Shown: in pieces, positions 1 to 13,217 of the stretch
How the letters are laid out: each line of letters opens with the position of its first letter
Numbering within the stretch: position 1 is the first letter of the stretch
NCBI GenBank assembly: GCA_951406725.2
Contig: OX597831.1
Span: 57,474,001 to 57,538,000, forward strand
Direction: 5' to 3'
DNA length: 64,000 nt
From: Octopus vulgaris
Lineage: Eukaryota
Translations under genes and position numbers: made by a program
The notes under the pieces: generated by a model
Seen by the model: the letters and a program-made list of their open reading frames with translations, nothing else
Told to the model about the DNA's origin: nothing
Database searches by the model: none

Positions 1-25
1 TCTCAGTTTTATATATATAGAGATA

Positions 26-1271
26 TCAGGTCATCCCATAAGTTCTGTCCGAGTGTACCTTTTTTAAAATTCAATGAAATTTAATAGTATTTTAGAATGT
101 CTAATAGAATTAAAAATTAGATTTATGCATTTGTGTACATTTAAACTAATTAAATATTATTTTACAGAATAATTGAATTAAAATTTCTTTGATTAAAACC
201 CTTTCTAACATGGAAGTATCCAAAGAGCATTTAAAGCACATAATGCTTTATGAGTACAAAAAAGGAAACTCTGCAGCCGAAGCGACTCGAAACATACACT
301 CAGTTTATGGGACAGAATGCTTGAATGAAAGAACTTGCAGAAGATGGTTTGCAAAAGTCAGAAGTGGAGAGTTTGATGATAAGCTCTTTGAAGCACTACT
401 TGAAGAAAATCCTGCATTATCAGTTGAAGAATTGGCAATACAGATTAGTTCAAACCATACAACAGTTCATCGTCATCTTCAACAACTTGGAAAGCTTCCT
501 AAACTTGGAAAATGGGTGCCTCGTGAATTGTCCGAAAGCAACCGCAAATCCCGAGTTGACATCTGCTCTTCCCTCCATTCTCACGAACTCATTTCCCCCT
601 TTTTGGATAGACTTGTGACTGGTGATGAAAAATGGATGTTTTATCGAAATGTTAAACGTCGTAAACAGTGGCTTGGTAAAAAGGAAAAAGCTCAACCACA
701 ACCGAGAAGGGAACTTCATAGGAAAAAGGCTCTTCTCTCTATCTGGTGGGATTGCAAAAGAGTAATTAACTTTGAATTGTTACCACCTTATGCAACAATC
801 AATGCTCAAGTCTACTGTCAGCAATTAAAGTGTTTGAACCAAGCTTTGAAGAAAAAAAGACCCCTCTTTAGTGAGTCGAAAACGAGCGATGTTTCATCAG
901 GACAATGCGCAACCCCACACTGCAAAGATCACATCACAGAAGATCGAAGAGCTTGGTTGGGAAAAAATTCTTCATCCACCTTATTCTCCCGACCTTGCTC
1001 CTTCAAACTACCATTTGTTTCGTAGTTTACAGAATCATTTGCGGACGTAACTTTCGCAAGCCAGGAGAAGGTCGAAACTGACATTTCAGAGTTCTTCACT
1101 TTGAAACGAAAATAGTTTTACATTGATGGGATTAAAAAACTTGTAAATAGATGGAAGGAATTCATAGATAATCAGGGAAAGTACATTGATGATTAAATTT
1201 CAATTAAATATAACATTTGATCACTTGTTTCTTTATTCAAAATTCGGACTAGAATCTATAAGATGACTTGA
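26..1271 (+). mobile_element. Mariner DNA transposon, near full length, defective
   Basis: Imperfect 27-28 bp TIRs (tcaggtcatcccataagttctgtccga at 26-52; tcggactagaatctataagatgacttga at 1244-1271) with TA on both sides. Confidence 0.92.
210..1196 (+). pseudogene. Mariner transposase pseudogene
   Basis: WVPREL and LVTGDEKW motifs in frame. After a frameshift near the A-run at about 852-860 come FHQDNA and HPPYSPDLAPSNY (third catalytic D changed to N). Further frameshift and stop downstream. Confidence 0.9.
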
Positions 1272-1326
1272 TATATGCATACAAATACTTATATAGATGT
1301 ATGTATATATACATATATATACATAT

Positions 1327-1398
<72 letters not shown>

Positions 1399-2595
1399 AT
1401 TTATATATATATATATATATTTGCATTTATATATATTTGTATGTATATGTTTATATATATATGCATTTATATAAAAGACATATGCACATATATACAAACA
1501 CGCATACATACCCATATATGTACATTTAATACATATATACATATACATACATATCTGTGTGCGTATGCATTATGTCAATGTCACAACTCTGTTCGCGTTA
1601 ACTATTTTTCTTTGTTTTTTTTTTTTGTTATATTTCCTTATATCTCCTTTGTGCTTTGAAACCGTACCGATTCTAAGTTCATTAACGATTCAACACCATC
1701 TTTTGCTGAATACAGTCTTGATAATGGAGCGAACATTAATATCACGTCATTTATATAACGTACACACACACATTCACCCACACACACACAATTCACTCAC
1801 ACACAAAACAGATTTAAATCCAGCTATTGTGTATTCATACACACATTTGTGTATATCCAATCGCTGGATTTAAATTTTGTTTAGCAGTTAACTGCAGATT
1901 ACTTTCATAATTTCTTTCACGTGTGCTGGATCTATGAGTTAATTATGGGATTGTAATTTTGCTATTTATATAGCTTCCATGTTTAATCTTCTAAATTTTT
2001 AGAATTTCATATAATACGTTGACAATTTTATCATTAAATTAAATATTTTCGTATCTATTTTTGTTTCGTATTTTATATTATATATATATAATGTGCTCTT
2101 TGTGGTAAATGTACTGAGAACAAAACCATTAAGGACGGATAAAGAAACATGAAAAAGCCAGTCATGTCTTTCATATCTTTGAAAGCAAAGTTGTTCATTA
2201 TATAATTATATACATAAAAGAGGTGGAGGTGGTGGTGGTGTGTGTGTGTGAGTGTGTGCGCACGCACTCACACACAAACAAACACACACACACACACTAT
2301 TTATAAAATTCTGTTAATCCACATGATTAATCAGAGTTTTATTATATCCGGCTTCGAACTGAATATCAATCACTGGCCTCCGGGACGATGACAGCAGCTA
2401 AATAATGTGTCATTGAACACAGAAGAGAAAATTCTGTTCACTTCCATTTGGTGCTTTCAAAGCAATCTTTTTCGATCTACACCCATCCAACAGCACAGAA
2501 TCATTAGCTTTATATTATCTAGCGATCAGATTTTTTCCCCTGCATACCTTTCCTTTTTAAACTGTAAATTTCTCGTGTGAGTGTGTTTGTTTTTA

Positions 2596-2675
<80 letters not shown>

Positions 2676-3056
2676 TGCGTGCGTGTATGTGTGTGTGTGC
2701 GTGCATGCGTGCTTACGTGCATTCGTGCGTGCGTGCGTGGGCCTGTAGTTAAAGTGCCGAAATTGCGGGTCTACCAATCAACAGCTGATGAAGGAAAACC
2801 TACGCTTGTGTTTTCCTGTCCTTTTCGTTTGCTTTGGTCTTTATGTTTGATAATCCTTCTACACTGATTATAACTGTACGTAAACTTTTGTCGTCTATTA
2901 ATACTGTTTACTAGAAGAGAGGGAGGTCTTTCCGCTTCCTCACATGTGTTCCTATCCTTTTCGACTTGGCTTTACTTCATGTTTCTTTGTAGTTTACAAT
3001 CTCTCTCTTCATTTGAGGACCAATGTCCGAAAAAACTATTTACATGTCCCCTAATG

Positions 3057-3756
3057 CAGGGGTCCTAAACCAATGGGTGCGAACCAGCACCTGGCTATGG
3101 GTCATTTTTATCTGACTGCATAGTAATAATAAATTTTAAAATTTCCTTTCTATTTTATTAACCATAGCATTCTGCAGGATACTTTTACCTCATATATCAA
3201 ATAACTATCATATACCAAATAATTAGATTCTTTTGTCCTCTAGGCACAGGGACCGAAATTTTGGGAAAGGGGGCAAGTCGATTAGATCGATCCCAGTACG
3301 CAACTGGTACTTAATTTATCGAACCCAAAAGGATGAAAGGCAAAGTCGACTCAGTGGAATTTGAACTCAGAACGTAAAGACAGACGAAATACCTATTTCT
3401 TTACTACCCACAAGGGGCTAAACACAGAGAGGACAAACAAGGGGCAGACAAACGGATTAAGTCGATTATATCGATCCCAGTGCGTCACTGGTACTTAATT
3501 TATCGACCCCGAAAGGATGAAAGGCAAAGTCGAGCTTGGTGGAATTTGAACTCAGAACGTAGCGGCAGACGAATTACTGCTAAGCATTTCACCCGGCGTG
3601 CTAACGTTTCTGCCAGCTCACCGCCTTTCCTTATCAAATAATTAGATTATATAGTATACACTTTATCGTGTTTTGTTATGCACGTTATCCAACGGTCCGT
3701 AATAAAATTGCCCTGCATGAAACTGGTCTGTGTTGCTAAACGTTTAGGAACCGCTG
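3057..3756. mobile_element. hAT (Charlie-type) non-autonomous element containing a nested SINE dimer
   Basis: Ends caggggtcctaaac / gtttaggaaccgctg; decayed 8-bp flanks ccctaatg / tcctaggg. Confidence 0.6.
3230..3626 (-). mobile_element. Meta-type tRNA-derived SINE ('family B'), nested dimer
   Basis: Head ggcggtgagctggcagaaacgttagc, B-box-like gagttcaaattcc, central gcctttcatcctttcggggtcgataaa; flanking direct repeat caaataattagatt. Confidence 0.8.
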
Positions 3757-3959
3757 TCCTAGGGTACACACGCTCGATGCACGACAGTCCCTTGCTTGTT
3801 TGCTGCATTTGACTCCAATCATAGAATTTCATTTTCTGCTCAATAAACTTTTAAGCTTTTATACTCTGATCCGCTTCTGTATATATCAACTGAAAACGTT
3901 CACAAATTTTCTGTGTTCTGTGTGTTAGGACGATAGATTTAAATATTTATCACCTACAC

Positions 3960-4310
3960 GTAGGCGTGGCTGTGTGGTAAGAAGTTTGCTTCCCAATCAT
4001 ATGATTCCGGGTTCAGTCCCATTGCGTGGCACCTTGGGTAAGTTTCTTCTACTACAGGCTCGGGTCGACCAAAGCCTTGGGTGAGGATTTGGTAGACGGA
4101 AACTTAAAGAAGCCCGTGTGTCCACTGCCGCTTGACAACCGGTGTTGGTGAGTCTACGTCCGCGTAACTTTGCAGCTCAGCAAAAGAGTCCGATAAAATA
4201 AGTACCAGTCTTTAAAAAAAAAGTATTGGGGTCGATTCATTCGTATAAAAATTCTTCAAGGCGGTGTCCCAACATGGCCGCAGTCTAATGACTGAAACAA
4301 GTAAAAGATA
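3960..4310 (+). mobile_element. CORE-type tRNA-derived SINE ('family A'), representative copy
   Basis: tggctgtgtggtaag A-box-like, gggttcagtccc B-box-like, ggcaccttgggtaagt CORE-like, tail gactgaaacaagtaaaaga. Other copies near 10555, 17375-17765 (-), 19144, 44864, 45293, 46217, 55817 and 60770-61306 (-). Confidence 0.8.
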
Positions 4311-4550
4311 AAAAATAATAATTTTTCGTATATTTTTCATATCCTTTGTGCTGTGTTATCTCGTGATCGTCCGGTCTACTGAGTTCCTCCATTCTTTGAC
4401 CGGGTTTTTTTCGTCGCTTTGTAGGTTGTCCAACAAAACGCACCCTTCTTACTAAGCAGGCTTGGTTGGGTTGCCGAATTAGTCACTGACGGCCGATCAT
4501 GTGACAGACTGTACTCGTTTACAAGTTGCCAGTAGCACTAAGAGCAACCT

Positions 4551-4752
4551 CACATACATACATACATACATACATACATACATACATACATACATACATA
4601 CACACATACATACATACATACATACATACATGCACACATACATACATACATACATACATACATACATACATACATACATACATACATACATACATGCATG
4701 CATGCATGCATACATACATACATACATACATGCATACATACATTCATACATA
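4551..4752. repeat. (CATA)n microsatellite
   Basis: Directly visible tetranucleotide array. Confidence 0.95.
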
Positions 4753-4957
4753 ATGGTACAGAGCGCTCAGCCGGAATTGAGAGTGCTGGGTTCGATTCCT
4801 TGTGGAGACTTGCTGGCCACTTTTTATGTCTTCTAAAGGGTTTTACCTGATTTTCTAAGCTGTTTGCACAGCCTTCCTTCGTTCGTGAATTTCTTTATAT
4901 TCTGTGGAATATACACATGCATGCACACATACATACATACATGATACACACATACAT

Positions 4958-4992
<35 letters not shown>

Positions 4993-5717
4993 CCACTAAG
5001 TCCAGTCCTTGTTGGTGGGTGAAGTGCCTCAGTACCCTGAGAGCTATAGCAGCGGAGCGCAAGCTCCTTATAGGTCAAAGGTTAGAGTCAAGAATAATAT
5101 GGACCACGTCTTCCCAGAGAAAAAAAATTGATATACACGTGTGTCGTTTTCTGTCCCCCATCACCACTTGACAACCGGTGTTAGTGTGTTTACGACTCCG
5201 TAAATTAGCAGCGGTTTGGCAAAAGAGTCCGATAGAATACGAACTAGGCTTTAAAAAATAGTCCTGGGGTCGATTTGTTTGACTAAAAACTCTTCAAGGC
5301 GGTGCACCAGCATGGCCACAGTCAAGCAACTGAAACAAGCAAAAGAATAAAGGAATAGGGGGTCAATATCTCCACCTAGCAAAAACAAAGTTACAGAAGC
5401 ATCAACGATAATTCAAAAGCAATAAACCCGGGAAAGGAAGGTTTTTCTTTAAGGGAAGCACAAAACTAGAAAAGGGGGCCGTAGTTCTGCCCAGAGTCAA
5501 CAACAGTTGAGAAAAGTCAACGGTGACTCTACAGGGAGCGAAGGGTTTAAACAAGTATACATAAGCACACACACAAACACACACACACACCTACAATATG
5601 TGTGTATGTATAGATGTAAGTTAAGTTAATCCAAACATGAAAACACAAAGAGAAAACACAACAACGCGAGGACGTGGAACAAGTATAGTATTATTGGACG
5701 CTCAGGAAAGAAGGAAG

Positions 5718-5752
5718 GTTTAACGTTTCGAGCGGAGCTCTTCGTCAGAAAC
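5718..5752 (-). ncRNA. Minimal type I hammerhead ribozyme motif in a Penelope-like pseudo-LTR fragment (about 5615-5797)
   Basis: Minus strand GUUU-CUGACGA-A-GAGC(UCC)GCUC-GAAAC-GU-U-AAAC: intact core, 4-bp stems I and II, loopless palindromic ACGU stem III. Confidence 0.75.
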
Positions 5753-6833
5753 ATAGGAAAAGGAAAGATCCAAAGAAGGGAAGACGGAGGAAAAAAATGT
5801 ATGTTCGTTTTTCTCTTTTTTTAAGTATTAGAGTATTATGTATGTTTGTATGTATGTATGTACGTATGCATGTAAAGAAAGAAAGAAAGAAAGAAAGAAA
5901 GGAAGAAAGAAATTATTTCGGATACAAAACGGGTTCTTTTTTATTTCAAGTACATATCAAATATATTTTTCTCACTCTGAGTACATAAATCATTTTTAAA
6001 CATTCAAAAAAAATAAATAAATGTTGATCATAAAAAATGATTTTGATTAGTTATACTGAAGAAAGATCAATATAACAACATCAATAACAGAAGAACCAGC
6101 ACTTTTTTCTGATTAACAGACTTTTGTATTTCTATTTCCTTTACGTACGAAAGAGTTTATTGTAAGAGAAACCACCAACAGTTTCTTTAGATTGCAGACC
6201 TTTCTTTTTTTACTTCAATATCTAACGTCTTAATACTCATTTTTATAGGAAAGGTCAATTCAGACTTTCGTATTCATGAAGAGCAGAGTTAATGAAATAT
6301 TTCTTCAGTACATTTTTTAAAATATATAACAGAGTTAATAAAATAACATTTTATTCATATATATTTATATATATATAATGCAAATGATTTAATATAAAAT
6401 ATCAGAATTAAAACTGGAGATGAACCTGGAACTGCCACGTTCGGTGACTCTCAGATGTCTAACGATTAATGTATAGGTTTCATTGCCTACGTATATTAAA
6501 CTTACCATACGTTGCAAATGCATTTAATAGTAAGTGGTAGTACTGCTAGTACGCCTGAGGTGCGCAGTTATACACATACCTACTTATTTTCCGTCACACA
6601 AGTCGAATTTTTCAAACGAAAATTTATAGTTAAAAATGATAGGTCGACTTTATAGGCAAACACGACTTTGGACGACCAAAAGATACATGTGAAACAAGAT
6701 TTGGAATGATGGTGACGATATTTGAATATTTATACATGTTTGCATTATATACTACGTCGACTTGTATATCAGAAAATACGGTACTGCTTAAAAGCAATTA
6801 CTTAATTTAAGATTACAGTTTAAACCGTATGAT

Positions 6834-7143
6834 GGGATCTTTACATTTTGACCGACAAATTTTTAAAATATTTTTTTGTAACTAAACACTTTCAAACTTC
6901 GGACACTGGTAGAGTGTGTCATATAAAACATCTTTTACTCTTAGCGTTTTTGAGAAAAGCTTATATTTAGGAAGTTATTTCACGTTAAAGTTGTAGTATT
7001 TCGGTAATTTCAACCAATCAATGACGTGTATTCAGCTGAATAAAATTACTGCTGTTGTTTGTCAACAAGAACTTCCGAAGTTTGAAAGTGTTTAGTTACA
7101 AAAAATCATTTTTTAAATTTGTCGGTCAAAAGGTAAACATCTC
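6834..7143. mobile_element. MITE with about 70-bp TIRs
   Basis: gggatctttacattttgaccgacaaattt...ttcaaacttcgga (6834-6903) is mirrored at 7074-7143; flanks gtatgat / gtatgag suggest a 7-bp TSD. Confidence 0.8.
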
Positions 7144-7748
7144 GTATGAGTTATTTTGTTGACCTATACTAGTAGTGAAAAAAAAAACCTCGTGAAAAAG
7201 AGATGTATAACTTACAGTGTATAAAATTTAGTCAAAATTTAAATATACAACCATAAAATATATGAGAGGGTAAATTACGTTATGGTTTTCAGCTAGTTAA
7301 AAAAAAGTTGGATGCTACATTAGATTCAAGATTGCATTGTACCTGAGAAAATACGATATTTAATTTAAGTGGACATATTTGTAACCTATTATTTTTAGGT
7401 TCGCAAGGATTAGGAAAAATCAACAAGAATAAGATGAAGTTTTAAAAAAATGGAGATACTTGCGAAAATAGAAAACTGCAGATTAGGGTGCCGTTTCAGA
7501 GGTATGTTGTTTTTAATGAATCATGAAGAAGAAAATTTATGAGAAAAGGTCACTATTTGTAAAACAGAGATATCGGAATGGCGTTTAAAGGAAAAGATAT
7601 GGATTCAGGTAGAAATAACAAAACTTCAGTATTAATCAGTCAGTGTGATTGTTTGTATTGTGGTCCGAGTTAGTTTTAGCTGTCATTTAAAACCTGATGT
7701 TTATGTTCTGGTGTTGTTCCAACAGATGAATTTATTTTGTCCCAGTAA

Positions 7749-8128
7749 TCTTTATATATAAAAGAAAGGTTGTGTCTGTCTACTCCGATTTAGATTCCTA
7801 ACTACTCCCACATTTTGCGATGCAGTTTAACCAAAACCGGGTATCTGATAGTCGTGATTCATATCGAGCCCTTCTGCATATTAGCGCACGTCTACGATGA
7901 GTCTACGATTTTAAAAATAATTTACCATCATTTTTTCCATTTTAATGCATATTTATTTTAATAAAGGGAAGTAACTCTCTAAAAATGTCTACGATGAGTC
8001 GACGATTTAAAAAAAAATTTACCATAATTTTTTTCCCATTTTTAATGCATTTTTTGGCTATAACTCTCTAAAAATGCTTTATAGTTATTTCCCTTACAAA
8101 CCCGAGCAACGCCGGGCGATACTGCTAG
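7749..8128 (+). mobile_element. Non-autonomous Helitron
   Basis: 5' TC after A; 3' hairpin cccgagcaacgccggg then CTAG followed by T; no TSD. Confidence 0.8.
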
Positions 8129-9479
8129 TTAAGTATATAAAGTATTTGAATTTGTAGTAAAAATGTAGAACTCTGAATGAATAAATGAATGAAAGAGTTA
8201 AGCTATAGCTTTAAAGTACCTACAGGATATAGTCAAAAGATAATATCTATACGTTTAGGCGGCGAGCTGGAAGAATCGTTAGCATGCCGGGCAAAATACT
8301 CAACGATATTTCCGTCTGGCTTCACGTTCTGAGTTCAAATTCCGCCGAGGTCCACAGAATAATTACCAGTTGAGCACTGTGGCCGATGTTATCAACTTAC
8401 CTCTTCCTCTAAACCTGTTGGCCTTATGCTAAAATTTAAGACCATTATCTATCTACCGGTCTCCAGTATTAAAATACATTCATTTTTATCTGTTGTATTA
8501 ACCTTATATATTTCTCTAGAGTGAGTTTTACATTTCTATTGTGGTGTTTAGATTTCAGTCTGGCATCTTTAACATTTTCTCCAGGCCTTCTTCCTAACGT
8601 CAATCTGGCAGTCTCTGGGTCAAATTTTAATGAAAATAAATTCACAGGTCTGAAGATATTTGAGAAAACTCTGCCCACAGAGTTCTCTTAAACGATTAGC
8701 CAGAACGCAAAATATTTGTTTACAAAGATTTTGATAAAGAAAAACCCAACACATATCAGAACTAAGCTTGGAAACTACTTAATGTTTGGAGAAAATTATT
8801 TTACATCACATTTGCTGATGGTAGAAACGCTGAGATTGTATAAAAATATATTGTTGCCGACTAAAAAAATATCAGCTACATAAATGGTGTGGGAATGGAC
8901 TTTACTGCGCTATCTGCAAAACCAAAGAATTTCGAGAAGCTAGCTTTAAAATATAGGCGGTGAATCGAAACGGTTGTTTGGGCGTTGGATTTAATCCCTT
9001 GCGGTTATCTATGTTCTGAGTTGAAATCTCGCCAAGTTCAAATTTGTTTTCCTTCCTTCCAAAGAGGCCTACATGGGAAGTTGACATAATTTGGTTTAAC
9101 TCACTACCCAACCCCGGACTACCACACACATATTCCACTCTGTTGCAAGCATTCCAGCCAAATCTTTGGTCTCTGAAAAAGGTCATAGACACCACAATCT
9201 TCTCTTGTCTAATCAATAAAAAAAGGGTGTGTAATATCGATATCAAATGTTGGCACAAGGCCAGCAATTTCGGGAGGGAGTAAGTCGATTACATCAACCC
9301 TAGTGTTCACCTAGTACTCATTTACATCCACCCCAATACTCAACTGATACTTATTTTATTGACCCCCGAGTGTATGAAAGGCAAAGTTGACCTCGGCGGA
9401 ATTTGAGCTCAGAACGAAATGCCGCTAGGCATTTTACCCAGCATGCTAACGATTCAGCCAGCTCGCAACCTTGATGATG

Positions 9480-9529
<50 letters not shown>

Positions 9530-9657
9530 CCTTTCTACTGGAAGCACAAGACCTCAAATTTGGGGGAAGGGATTAAGTCGAGTACATCGATCCCAGTGCG
9601 TAACTAGTACTTATTTAATCGACCCCTGAAGGATGAAAGGCAAAATCATCCTCGGCG

Positions 9658-9702
<45 letters not shown>

Positions 9703-10984
9703 GTGCAGTCATATCAACAATAGGTAAAATAAAAAACAAAGCAAATGAATAACAACAGCGACCAAACGTACACAAAACCACAGCCACTAACCTCAACTGT
9801 TGTTCACAGTTTAATAACCGAGTTCACGAAACAGTTTATTTGAAAAACAAAATACAAAGAGATGACGGGGGTCAACAAAATAGCACAGACACCAACACAA
9901 AATCTCCTAAGAAAAAATTAATAGAGGACACTTACAGAAGCATAAAGATTAAATTCACTGGTGATGTTGGAAGCTTCGGTGAGAGGATGACAAGAGACTC
10001 TTAGGCCTGTCGAAAAAACCGAACTGACTGACCTTCTCTAAAGTCAAGGTGAGTGACCATTCTGGCTCTATTTTTTCTGACCAACATGGCCTTTACTCGA
10101 AGCAGAAAGTATAAATCCGCACAGCCTAGGGTAACCTACTGATTTCGGGTGATTCCCTGGACCCGAATGTTAAGTCGGTTGTTCTGAATATGTATAACAG
10201 TGAAAGTAAATCCTTTCAGACAAGTGGTCATCTATACCTCGACAAGAGCGGGACGCCGGATTTCTTCCGACATCTGGATATTTTCTTGAGAACATTCTGT
10301 TCTTTAATGCTAGTGGAGTTAGCACGGTAGACGGGGTGTAATAACTTTATAAGCCTGCACAAAAGTTTCCAACTGCCTGACAGGTACCTAGTGGATTTCG
10401 TGAACGTAACGCTGTGGACCTGGAGTAACCGCATCGAGTCATCCAGATCGAATCTAGAGTATTTAGTAGGTAAGCAAGTAGTAAGAGATAGAGTAGGAGA
10501 GGAATATTTAAGCATAACTAATCAGGAGCTTTGCATAGATATCTTTGCGTGTAAATGCGTGGTTATGTGGTACGAAGCTTGCTTCCTAACCACATGATTC
10601 CGGGTTCAGTCTCACTACGTTGCACCTTCGGCGTCTTCTACTATGGCCTCGGGCCGACCAAAGCCTAGTGGGTGGGTTTGGTAGACGGAAACCGAAAGAA
10701 GCTCGTCGTATGTGTGTTTGTTACCCACTACTGCCTGACAACCGTTGTTGGTGTATTTACGTTCCTGTAATTTAGTATTTCGGCAAAAGAGACCGATAGA
10801 ATAAGTATAAGTATCAGGCATTATAAAAAGCACTTGAGTCGATTCATTCGACTGAAAATTCTTCAAGGCAGTGCCCCAGCATAGCCGCAATCTAATGACA
10901 GAAACAAGTAAAATATATACTATGTGTATAGTAAAGAAATGTAGAATGAAGTATTATATTGATATGAGCAATTTAAATATATAT

Positions 10985-11269
10985 CACCATGATCATCGTG
11001 ACCGACCGGGCTATCAGATGTTGCTACACATCGCTGGTTACAATGCGCTTCGCATTACTTTAGCCATCAAATAATGCCACCTCGCTGGTTAAGTGATTAG
11101 GCCAACTGAAGAAAGAGTGAAAGAAAGTTGTGGCGAAAGAGTACAGTAGGGATCGCCACCACTCCCTGCCGGAGCTTTAGGTGTTTTCGTTCAATAAACA
11201 CTCACAACGCCCGGTCTCAGAATCGAAACCGCGAGTCTGCTGCCCTAACCACTGGGCTATTGTGCCTCC
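10985..11269 (-). mobile_element. tRNA-derived SINE ('family C'); second copy at about 38436-38620 (+)
   Basis: Shared head ggaggc(a/g)caat..cccagtggttagggcagc and body tgtgagtgtttat...aaaacaccta. Confidence 0.7.
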
Positions 11270-11270
11270 G

Positions 11271-11340
<70 letters not shown>

Positions 11341-11346
<6 letters not shown>

Positions 11347-12330
11347 GAGGGTACTATTATCCATAGGTACCGCACGCTAGGAGGGACTTTTGCAGTCAAA
11401 ACTACTAAAATAAACAAATAGTACCGAATGCAAAACTTCAAAGCGAGTCATTTAAAAACAGAATTTAGTTACTTATCACCTGTGATTTCGCAATCGATGC
11501 AGAATATGCATTCTATGCTCTTCAGTGCAACGAACTTAAGACATATAAGAAAAAACACAACATCACATACCCGACAACCAACCGTAGAATTCGCCGCAGC
11601 ATGTACGAATGTTTATCTTTACATATCTATGAAAATGGTGGGCTTTTTCGCAATGCATTTCGGTGACAACTTGCCTACTCGGAACAAAAATTCAGTATTG
11701 AACTATTCCGGTGAAAAATATAAATTTAAAAATAAGGATAAAATCTTTATAAGAAATTATCAGTAGTTAGCGTGAAAAACCTCGTAAGAGAAAAAAATCT
11801 GTAAATTTTTTCAACTTTGAAAATACTTATTTATATTATATAGAGGGTACTATTATTCATAGGTACCGCACGCTAGGAGGGACTTTTGCAGTAAAAACTA
11901 CTAAAATAAACAAATTGTACCGAATGCAAAACTTCAAAGCGAGTCATTTAAAAACAGAATTTAGTTACTGTTGGTTGTCGGGTATGTGATGTTGTGTTTT
12001 TTCTTATATGTCTTGAGTTCGTTGCACTGAAGAGCATAGAATGCATATTCTGCATTGATTGCGAAATCACAGGTGATATGTAACTAAATTCTGTTTTTAA
12101 ATGACTCGCTTTGAAGTTTTGCATTCGGTACAATTTGTTTATTTTAGTAGTTTTGACTGTAAAAGCCCCTCCTAGCGTGCGGTACCTATGAATAATAGTA
12201 CCCTCTATATAATATAAATAAGTATTTTCAAAGTTGAAAAAATTTACAGATTTTTTTCTCTTACAAGGTTTTTCACGCTAACTACTGATAATTTCTTATA
12301 AAGATTTTATCCTTATTTTTAAATTTATAT
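11341..12330. repeat. 496-bp tandem unit (about 1.3 copies) followed by an inverted copy, forming a fold-back
   Basis: tatatagagggtactatt at 11341 and 11837; 11718-11968 is the reverse complement of 12080-12330. Confidence 0.92.
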
Positions 12331-12998
12331 ATATATATATATATATATTCTCGTGTTGTTGTGTTTTCTCTTTGTGTTTTCATGTTTGGAATAACTTTAT
12401 ATATATATAGACACCTATTTCATTCCACCATCCATGAAGCAACTAGAATATCTTCTTAAATTTTAACTACTTTGTTTTTTTTAACCATTTATCAACAATC
12501 AGTTTTCTTCAGAATTTGAGAAGCTTCAGGATGTTGCAAGGTATTATATTAAATCTATTTTTCTTTTATCATGGTCAGCCTTCCTCTATCTTAGATTCAA
12601 CTCACATTACTATAATTTAAATACAACCCAATTAGACATTATCATTGCATCGTATTTCTGTAATAAGGGGGTTCTCTATTTATTTTTGTCAAAAAGCTAC
12701 ACCCTTCTCCTACCCACCCTCCAGTCCTTGAGCAATCGAGGACAGATAAACATAGACAGGCATACTGTTCTGTATACCCACAAAAATGTAAGTCCTGTAA
12801 AGTCTTTTGTCTTGATGTTTGCCCACCCACATGACACATATGACTAATTTTGTTATTCAATATCCTCCCCTTTTTCTTGTCTTGGCCATTCAAGACAAAC
12901 GAAACGCAATACCACCCATGATAAAACATTACCACAAAGCAGCTTCTCCTCTTTCTCCTCCTCTAGGCTTCTGTTACAGTAGTTTGAAAGAACATTAA

Positions 12999-13217
12999 CC
13001 CTTTGTTACCAACCTGGCTGACACCGGCTCTGGCTCTGAGTACAAATGTCTTGTTTTCATAAGTTTTGAATTAAAATCTTCCACCAAACCTTAGTCACAA
13101 TTTATGTTCCTAACACTAGCTTAATGATAACTAAGTTATTTTACTAAATTCTTTGTTATATTTAAAGTAATTGAAAGAAACACAGAGCACCTCAAAATAA
13201 ATACAGTAATTAAAGGG
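12999..13217. mobile_element. piggyBac-type MITE family 1
   Basis: TTAA|CCCTT...AAGGG|TTAA, about 220 bp. Confidence 0.85.

Noticed and set aside
2740-2820. GAAA and CUGAUGA hammerhead-like words
   Set aside because: The stem after CUGAUGA is not followed by GAAA, and no complete three-stem fold could be built.
4753-4810. tRNA-like sequence with ggttcgattcc; also the SINE heads
   Set aside because: No complete cloverleaf or acceptor stem; best explained as tRNA-derived SINE heads.
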